From NCBI GenBank assembly GCA_030167145.1, contig CP126532.1, positions 1,110,001 through 1,142,000 of the forward strand: a DNA stretch of 32,000 bases. The letters run 5' to 3'. This document shows positions 16,776 through 22,981 of this stretch, piece after piece. The notes beneath the pieces were generated by a model. The model saw only the letters and a list, made by a program, of their open reading frames with translations, did no database searches and was not told the DNA's origin. Made by a program: the position numbers and the translations under genes. The first letter of the stretch is position 1. Each line of letters starts with the position of its first letter. Source of the stretch: Ktedonobacterales bacterium (GTDB lineage: Bacteria > Chloroflexota > Ktedonobacteria > Ktedonobacterales > JADMIN01).

Positions 16776-16952
16776 CTATGCAGCTTGTTTCGTGCTGGCG
16801 GTCCGTCGCGCTTCGGGTTGCCGTGTGGGATGCTCGTGGTGTAGCTCGCGGAGCCAGCCGCTGGCGGTGGTGTGGCCGCAAATCGTGCAGCTTCGCATGA
16901 CGGATGGCCGATGGTAGGTCACGCCACAGAATTGGCATTGGTAGGTCGTCAT
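16776..16952 (-). CDS. Small zinc-ribbon protein (58 aa), not in the ORF track
   Basis: Hand translation of the minus strand gives MTTYQCQFCGVTYHRPSVMRSCTICGHTTASGWLRELHHEHPTRQPEARRTASTKQAA, ending in TAG. It has CxxC-x12-CxxC. SD gaaagga lies 10 nt upstream of the ATG, 36 nt after the ATP-grasp stop. Third-codon positions are GC-rich, unlike the competing 84-aa frame. Confidence 0.55.
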   Translation of the reverse strand: MTTYQCQFCGVTYHRPSVMRSCTICGHTTASGWLRELHHEHPTRQPEARRTASTKQAA

Positions 16953-16988
16953 GGCTGGTGCATCCTTTCGTGTTGCTGGTTGCCACCG

Positions 16989-17846
16989 CTAGGCAGCGCT
17001 GGATTCCGAGGAGCGAACGAGACGCCGTACATCGTGGCGCGAGACCGCGAAGAGGCTGGCGTCTGGCGACAGCGCGTAGTTCATGACGTAGTCAGCGAGC
17101 AGGGCCGCCGCGTTGGGGATGCCTTTGTAGCTGGGGAAGTAATTCAGGTCAATGACCACTGGGCCGTCTGGACCCTCGATGACATCCAGGCCATAAAGGC
17201 GCAGGCCGAAGACCCGACCGCAGCGCAGCGCAATGTCGCGTACCTCATCGCTGACAGGGCAGGCAATCCGTTGTGCGCCATCCCACGACTGCTGCTTGCG
17301 CACACCGAAGACGTGATTCCCGATCACCGCGACTTTTAGCTCTTCGCCAGGGATGAACTCTTGCACGAGCATCGGCTGCGATGGCACGGGCAATTGCTCC
17401 AGTTCGCGCAGTGTGTGCGCTTGCACCACGCCAACGCCGCGTCCGCCGATGTACGGCTTGAGGATGAGCGACCGCTCCGCGGCTACTGGGCGTAGCAGGT
17501 TGAGGTCGCCCGTCACCCACGACTGTGGTGTGGGGATGCCAGCGGCATCAAGGCAGCGCTGCGCGACGATCTTGTTGTGCGCCGAGAGACAAGCAAGATA
17601 TGGGTTGAGGATGCGAGCGCCCTGGCTGTGCAGGATGCCGGCCATGCTGAGCCACATCGCCGTATGCGACTTCAGCACATACAGGTCATGCTCGGCTACC
17701 AGACGTCCGGGGTCGGTGACCATCTCATCGGCCACACCCAGTTCGACTTCATGGCCCTCGCGCCGCAGGATGTCGAATAGCTCGACCAGCACCGGATTCG
17801 GCTCAAGTGTGTTGCGTGTGAACGCCAGCATGAAATAGATCTTCAT
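16989..17846 (-). CDS. RimK-type ATP-grasp ligase (paralogue 2)
   Basis: ATG 17846 follows SD gaaagga. ATP-grasp motifs: ILKPYIGGRGVGVVQA, MLVQEFIPG, LKVAVIGNHVFGV, GLRLYGLDVIEGPDGPVVIDLNYFPSY. Colinear with 21122..21955. Confidence 0.8.
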   Translation of the reverse strand: MKIYFMLAFTRNTLEPNPVLVELFDILRREGHEVELGVADEMVTDPGRLVAEHDLYVLKSHTAMWLSMAGILHSQGARILNPYLACLSAHNKIVAQRCLDAAGIPTPQSWVTGDLNLLRPVAAERSLILKPYIGGRGVGVVQAHTLRELEQLPVPSQPMLVQEFIPGEELKVAVIGNHVFGVRKQQSWDGAQRIACPVSDEVRDIALRCGRVFGLRLYGLDVIEGPDGPVVIDLNYFPSYKGIPNAAALLADYVMNYALSPDASLFAVSRHDVRRLVRSSESSAA

Positions 17847-17969
17847 GGCCGCAATCCTTTCGATCATCGTCTCGTATCCGGGCGCTTCGTCCGTTCTCGT
17901 CGCTATCCCGTACGTGGGGTCTTGCGATGTCTCAAGTCTGCCCGGAAAGTGGCGCGCATACCACGAAGA

Positions 17970-18042
17970 ACCCGTAGAATGACCCGTAGAAGTGGCCGGA
18001 GGAGCGGAAAGCAGCGGAATCGGGTGGAGAAAGCAGCGGAAT
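17970..18042. promoter_or_regulatory. Two pairs of exact direct repeats in the 300-nt gap upstream of ATP-grasp paralogue 2
   Basis: acccgtagaa occurs at 17970-17979 and 17982-17991 (12-bp period). gaaagcagcggaat occurs at 18007-18020 and 18029-18042 (22-bp period). Confidence 0.5.
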
Positions 18043-18146
18043 GTCACTGGTAGTTCCAGCCCGACGCGCGGGATGGCTACGTCCAGGACGCGCCGCGCGT
18101 GGTGATCAGCGGAAATAACATGTCCTGCGGCGAAGTGAGGAGAAGG

Positions 18147-21119
18147 TCACGGGCGGAGGGAGAAACGGCGCTCGGTCTGTTGATCTTCGGCGTTGGCACC
18201 GATGAGCGATTGCAGGCGATGGCGCTCGATGGCCAACGCCAGAGACTCACGCAGGGCGGGAGTAGTGGCGAGCGCTTCGAGGAAGTCGCTACGGCGCAGC
18301 GCCAGCACAAGCGACGGCTGGAGCGTTCGCGTGGTGGCGGGGGCGAGGGCGTCTTCGAAGAGCGCCGTTTCACCGAAGTAGTCGCCATCTTCGAGGGTGG
18401 CGACAGTACGCTCACGCCCAGACGCTGCTGATGTGGTGACAGCGACTCTGCCACGCGCAAGGATGAAGAAGGTGTCGCACGGCTGTCCCTCTGTCGCGAG
18501 GGTGACACCAGCGTCGAAGTGTGTGGAGTGGAAACGGCGGGCAAGCTCGGCCAGCGCATCGGCTTCCAGATTGGCAAATAGCGGCACGGTGAAGAGTGGG
18601 AGCGCACGCAGGCGCGACATATCCAGGGTTGCCGCCTGCCCATCAGGGCTAACCTCGACACCGTGCTGTTTCTGCCATAGCTCGTAATAGAGGCCCTTGC
18701 GAGCCAGTAGCTGCTCGTGAGTTCCGTATTCCGCCAGCTTTCCATCCCGAAGCACGTTAATACGGTTCGCGTGTTGCACGGTAGCCAGCCGGTGCGATGT
18801 GGAGACTACCGTGCGATTCCTCGCCAACCGCTCCAATGTCTGGGAGATGGCAGTTTCGGTGGCGGGGTCGAGCGCGGAGGTCGGTTCGTCGAGGACCAGT
18901 ATCGCTGGGTCGCGGACGATGGCGCGGGCAATGGCGACTCGCTGGCGCTGGCCGCCGGAGAGCAGGCTGCCCATCTCGCCGGTTTCAGTGTCGTAGCCTT
19001 TGGGCAGGCCGACAATCAGGTCGTGGATCTCCGCCGCACGCGCAGCTGCTTCGATCTCAGCATCGGTTGCGTTGAGCTTGCCGAAGCGAATATTCTCGCG
19101 GATGGTGGTGTTGAAGAGGAATGTGTCTTGGAATACCGCCGCCATTTGCGCGTGGAGAGATGCCTGTGTTCCCTGCCGGAGATCCATGCTATCCAGTACT
19201 ACCGCGCCTGCGCTTGGGTCGTAGAAGCGCATCAACAGGTTGAGGATTGTCGTCTTGCCTGAACCACTTGGTCCGACGAAGGCGATATACTGGCCTTTCG
19301 GAATCGCCACGCTCACGTGATCCAGAATCGTGAGGTCGTGTCCATATTGGAACGACACATCCTCGAAGCGAACGGCACTCGCGAGGCGCGGCAAAGCCAC
19401 TGCATCGGGCGCATCGCGCACATCTACCGGCGCGTTCAGCAATTCATCTACACGCCGCAATGCGCCAGAAGCGCCGATCAGGCTGGGGGCTACTTTCTTG
19501 GTGAGATTGTAGGCCTCACCAAGCAGGAAGCCAAACAAAATGTAGTTGTAGGCAAGCGCGCCACCGTTCAACTGGCCTTGCACCACAAGCACCGCACCCA
19601 CCAGTACAAACACGACATTGACCAGGAGTACGCCCTGGGTGGAGGCCGTACCCACCGTCTGCGAGAGAAAGTTTGCGCGCACGGCATTCGAATATAACTG
19701 TGCCAAATGCTGCTGAAGGCGGGCGAGCGCGGTAGATTGCAGGCCAAAGACTTTGATGACCGGCTGCGCTTTCACATTCTCTTGCACGGTGCTGGCGAGC
19801 GCGGCTTGCGCACGCTTGAGACGATACGTCTCGCGCGAGGCAGGCGCGGCGAAGAGGCGTGTACCCACCATCAGCAGCGGCAGCGCCAACAGAATCACCA
19901 GCGCCAGCCGCCACTGGCTGAGCGCTATCGCAGTGGTGAACCAGATGATGTTGATGATCGAATAGAAGCCGTCGGCGATTCTGCTGGTGACGAGCTTATC
20001 TATATCAGAGAGGTCGCTGGTAAAACGCGCGACAATGTCACCAGTCTGAGCATGGGCGTAATAACCTATCGAGAGACGCTGCATATGCGTAAACAGCTTG
20101 CGTCGCAGATCGTTGAGGATCTTTGCACCGACGCGCGCACCGAGAAAGTCTTGCAGGGGACTGGCGAGTGCGTTGATGATGAACCACACGATTAACTGCA
20201 CCGCGATAGCGGCGAGCAGCACGGTGAACTCATTTTCATCGAAATGCTCTGCGGATGTGGCGTTGATAATCTTTTGTAAGCCATCGGCGAAAATGGTTTT
20301 GAAATTGTCCTGTGCCATCACCGTCAGCCCGATGACGACGGCCGTGAGCCAGTAGGGCCGCCAGTAGCCAATCGCGCGCCAGAGCACCCAACCCAACCCC
20401 GGTTCCGGCTGGCGCGCAGCGCGTATCGTCGCCTGCCACTCGTCTTCCAGTGTGGACAGCGGCTTGCCATAGACAGTTTCGAGCGCGACCTCTGGGCGGA
20501 CATTGTTCAATTCGTGTGCGAATTGTCTGTAACGCTCCAAGCCGTAGGACGCAATGAGCTGCGCAGTGAAGGATGTGGCGGCGAGCCGATAATGCTGCTG
20601 GTCGCGCTGCGCTGGCCCGGAGAAGAGATCGTCGAGTGTGACCATACGGCGGCGTTTGGCGAGCGCCACCTGTGTCTTCTCAAGGTCTAGCTCGCGCTGC
20701 TGCACGGCTAGATAGCCCAACATACCTTCGAGCAGCACTGGTATGTGCGCGGCACGCTCGCCAGCCGCAGCGCTCAGCAGCAGCGAGGCAAGCGCACGGC
20801 GCACAATTTCGACACTTGCGCCCAGCGGCAGCACAATCGCCGGCACTGGACCGACGGGCATTGTCTCCCCGCTGTCATTGCGTGGGTAGGACGTTGTATC
20901 CGCGCCTTCTAACGTGACCGTGACCAGATCATGCGGCAGCGCCAGCGTGCCGAGTAGCTCCGCCAGCCCGCCCCAGGCGGCTTCCAATTGGGTGACAATG
21001 TGTTCGATGTGCTTCTGTGATGTCGCCCTGGGGGGATAGCGGATTACGAAGTGCGACGAACGCTGTTCGCCCGTATTGTCCTGAGTGGCTAGCTGGTCAC
21101 GTTTCACGTGTGCCTCCAC
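18147..21119 (-). CDS. Four-domain ABC exporter: N-terminal peptidase-MA-like (degenerate) domain + 6-TM exporter TMD + NBD + C-terminal cyclic-nucleotide-binding-like domain
   Basis: GTG start 2 nt after the upstream ATP-grasp stop. TMD from about aa 245. NBD motifs: GPSGSGKTT, LSGGQRQRVAIARA, ILVLDEPTSALD, STSHRL. C-terminal cNMP fold: LFANLEADALAELA...FFILARGRVAV...GDYFGETALF. The N-terminal 240 aa contain no Cys and show FVIRYPP, LLEGMLGYL, SFTAQLIASYGLERYRQF and VYGKPLSTLEDEWQ. Confidence 0.85.
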   Translation of the reverse strand: MEAHVKRDQLATQDNTGEQRSSHFVIRYPPRATSQKHIEHIVTQLEAAWGGLAELLGTLALPHDLVTVTLEGADTTSYPRNDSGETMPVGPVPAIVLPLGASVEIVRRALASLLLSAAAGERAAHIPVLLEGMLGYLAVQQRELDLEKTQVALAKRRRMVTLDDLFSGPAQRDQQHYRLAATSFTAQLIASYGLERYRQFAHELNNVRPEVALETVYGKPLSTLEDEWQATIRAARQPEPGLGWVLWRAIGYWRPYWLTAVVIGLTVMAQDNFKTIFADGLQKIINATSAEHFDENEFTVLLAAIAVQLIVWFIINALASPLQDFLGARVGAKILNDLRRKLFTHMQRLSIGYYAHAQTGDIVARFTSDLSDIDKLVTSRIADGFYSIINIIWFTTAIALSQWRLALVILLALPLLMVGTRLFAAPASRETYRLKRAQAALASTVQENVKAQPVIKVFGLQSTALARLQQHLAQLYSNAVRANFLSQTVGTASTQGVLLVNVVFVLVGAVLVVQGQLNGGALAYNYILFGFLLGEAYNLTKKVAPSLIGASGALRRVDELLNAPVDVRDAPDAVALPRLASAVRFEDVSFQYGHDLTILDHVSVAIPKGQYIAFVGPSGSGKTTILNLLMRFYDPSAGAVVLDSMDLRQGTQASLHAQMAAVFQDTFLFNTTIRENIRFGKLNATDAEIEAAARAAEIHDLIVGLPKGYDTETGEMGSLLSGGQRQRVAIARAIVRDPAILVLDEPTSALDPATETAISQTLERLARNRTVVSTSHRLATVQHANRINVLRDGKLAEYGTHEQLLARKGLYYELWQKQHGVEVSPDGQAATLDMSRLRALPLFTVPLFANLEADALAELARRFHSTHFDAGVTLATEGQPCDTFFILARGRVAVTTSAASGRERTVATLEDGDYFGETALFEDALAPATTRTLQPSLVLALRRSDFLEALATTPALRESLALAIERHRLQSLIGANAEDQQTERRFSLRP
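18240..18611 (-). other. cNMP-binding-like domain of the ABC exporter
   Basis: Beta-roll motifs G.LATEGQPCDTFFILARGRVAV and GDYFGETALFEDALAPATTRT. By eye, the phosphate-binding cassette Arg (canonical P-R-S-A-T) appears replaced (A-P-A-T-T). Confidence 0.65.
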
Positions 21120-21121
21120 GG

Positions 21122-21955
21122 TCAGGCATGGGCTGGCATCTGCGCCGATGGTGTCACGGGTTCACCGTGTATCGCGCGCTCGCCTGCGGCATAAATGTAG
21201 TCAGCGAGAAGCTCAGAAGCGTTAGGAACCCCCATGTAGCTGCCAAACTTGTTCAGATCAACGACATAGGGCACGCCGCTGATGATGACATCCAGCCCGT
21301 AGAGGTCTATGCCGAACGCCTGCCCGCAGCGCAGCGCAATGTCGCGTAGCTCCGCCGATGGCTCGAATGGCTGTCCGCGCTTGTCTTCATAGGTGCGGAT
21401 TGGCCACACACGGCGAATACCGAAGACGCGCTCGCCGATGCGGAAGAGTTTGTGATCGTAACCCTGAGCGTCATCGGGCGCATGATAACGCTGGGCCAGT
21501 AGCAGGTCGTCTTCGGGCAGGCCTTCCAACTCGTCTGGTGTGCGAATGACACGCACGCCACGGCCACGTGTGCCGCGATACGGCTTGAGAATCAGTGGTC
21601 CAGTGGCGAGCAAGGGCACGAAATCGCTAGCGTTACTGGTCATGTAGGTATCGGGCACAGGCACGCCTGCCGCTTGTAAGGCCCGCATGACAATCACCTT
21701 GTTGCGCAGCATCTGCACCGTCGGATAGGGATTGAGTGTGAGCGCCCCCAGCATGTGCAGCGAACCGCCAATGCTGAGCGCTGGCTCAGTTCCCGATTTC
21801 AGCAGATACAGGTCGTTCTCGACACGCACGTCGGCAAGGTTGGTCATCTGCTTTTCGGGGAAGATTAGTTGCAGCACCACGCCTCGCTCGGCCAGTAGCC
21901 GCATCAATTGCTCCATTGTCGGATTCAGCCAATCCGCGATCACGCCGATACGCAT
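21122..21955 (-). CDS. RimK-type ATP-grasp ligase (paralogue 1)
   Basis: ATG 21955 follows SD aaggag. Motifs: ILKPYRGTRGRGVRVI, LLLAQRYH, HKLFRIGERVFGI, GIDLYGLDVIISGVPYVVDLNKFGSY. The track start at 22051 lacks an SD and adds a low-complexity extension. Confidence 0.8.
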   Translation of the reverse strand: MRIGVIADWLNPTMEQLMRLLAERGVVLQLIFPEKQMTNLADVRVENDLYLLKSGTEPALSIGGSLHMLGALTLNPYPTVQMLRNKVIVMRALQAAGVPVPDTYMTSNASDFVPLLATGPLILKPYRGTRGRGVRVIRTPDELEGLPEDDLLLAQRYHAPDDAQGYDHKLFRIGERVFGIRRVWPIRTYEDKRGQPFEPSAELRDIALRCGQAFGIDLYGLDVIISGVPYVVDLNKFGSYMGVPNASELLADYIYAAGERAIHGEPVTPSAQMPAHA

Positions 21956-22051
21956 GCTGTGACTCCTTCTGTCCTGGTGGTAAATGCGGCCAGCATCCTT
22001 GTGCTGGACCGCTCGAAACCCAACCCACACGCATCCTGGCACATCTGCCAA

Positions 22052-22981
22052 CTACGAAGCCCCCATTGCTGGGATTACTACACGCAGCGCCCCGGCAAGC
22101 TCGCCCGCGGTATCGAAGCGATCTTCCGGGCGCTTGGCCAAACAACGCAAGATGACCTCCTCCAAAGCCGTGGGAAGCTCAGGATTGAGCAAGTGCGGCA
22201 TTGGCGGTGGCGTAAAGACATGCATGTGCAGCGCATCGCGCAGGCTGGTAATGTGAAACGGCGGATAGCCGGTGGCCATCTCGTAGAGCACCACACCGAG
22301 CGCATAGATGTCACTTCGCGCGTCAAGCGGCCGGCCACGACATAGTTCTGGTGGCATGTATGTCGGCGATCCCAACATCAGCCCGGAGCCGAGTAGCACG
22401 CCGGTGGTGGTCAACTCACTGCTGCTTTCCGCAAGCTGGGCCAGTCCGAAATCGGTCACCTTGAGGGTGTACGCTCCAGTGTCATCGGCGAGCATGGCAG
22501 GATGGTCCAGCAGTAGATTGCTCGGCTTGAAGTCCTTATGCACGATGCCGCGCGCATGAGCGTGCGCCAGTCCTTCCGCCGCCTGGCAACCGAGACTCAC
22601 CGTGAGCATGATAGGAAGCGGCTGGCCGGGCGGCTGTTGCTGCATGAACATTTTCAGCGAGCCAGCGGTTACTGGCTCCATCACAATGAAGCAAACGCTA
22701 TCTTCTTCGCCGAACTCTAGAATGTGGACGATATGCGGATGTTGGAGCGCGGCAACTCTCTCAAACGTGGCGTGGAATCGCGTGGGAAAGGCGGGGTCGG
22801 CGGCATTGGCAAGCTGGAGCACTTTGATGGCGGCGTGCTGCGCGCGATACAGATGGGCGCCGAGATAGACATCACCCGTCGCACCATGCCCGATGATCGC
22901 CTCGATACGATAGGCGCCTAACGTGCCACCAACAAGACTGGCCATTGCTTGCCTCCACGGGACGCCGCCCCGTGCCGCCAT
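22052..22981 (-). CDS. Soluble Hanks-type Ser/Thr protein kinase (non-RD: HKD catalytic loop)
   Basis: Motifs: GHGATGDVY G-loop, AIKVL Lys, IVHKDFKPSNLLL, VTDFGLA, GSPTYMPPE. No TM segment or extra domain. ATG at 22981 overlaps the upstream TGA (TGATG). Confidence 0.85.
   Translation of the reverse strand: MAARGGVPWRQAMASLVGGTLGAYRIEAIIGHGATGDVYLGAHLYRAQHAAIKVLQLANAADPAFPTRFHATFERVAALQHPHIVHILEFGEEDSVCFIVMEPVTAGSLKMFMQQQPPGQPLPIMLTVSLGCQAAEGLAHAHARGIVHKDFKPSNLLLDHPAMLADDTGAYTLKVTDFGLAQLAESSSELTTTGVLLGSGLMLGSPTYMPPELCRGRPLDARSDIYALGVVLYEMATGYPPFHITSLRDALHMHVFTPPPMPHLLNPELPTALEEVILRCLAKRPEDRFDTAGELAGALRVVIPAMGAS

Noticed and set aside
16776-16952. The idea that the zinc-ribbon peptide is a LysW/ArgW-type amino-group carrier protein.
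   Set aside because: LysW-type carriers end in an acidic tail (EDWGE-like) whose terminal Glu is the attachment site. This peptide ends in TASTKQAA, and no lysine or arginine biosynthesis genes (LysY/Z/J/K-like) are nearby. I kept only the general substrate/partner hypothesis.
16732-16986. An 84-aa minus-strand ORF (MATSNTKGCTSHDDLP...) listed in the track.
   Set aside because: Its composition is Arg/Pro/His-rich and typical of an off-frame read in GC-rich DNA. It has no SD, and it overlaps the better-supported zinc-ribbon frame 16776..16952.
16989-18047. The ORF-track version of ATP-grasp paralogue 2, with a 67-codon N-terminal extension starting at GTG 18047.
   Set aside because: An SD (gaaagga) sits in front of ATG 17846, and the paralogue starts at the equivalent position. 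The extension is low-complexity, is built from the intergenic direct repeats, and has weaker third-position GC bias. I kept it as an open caveat in the findings.
18147-21119. PCAT-type (C39 peptidase) bacteriocin exporter assignment for the ABC protein.
   Set aside because: The 240-aa N-domain contains no cysteine at all, so a C39 Cys/His protease is excluded.
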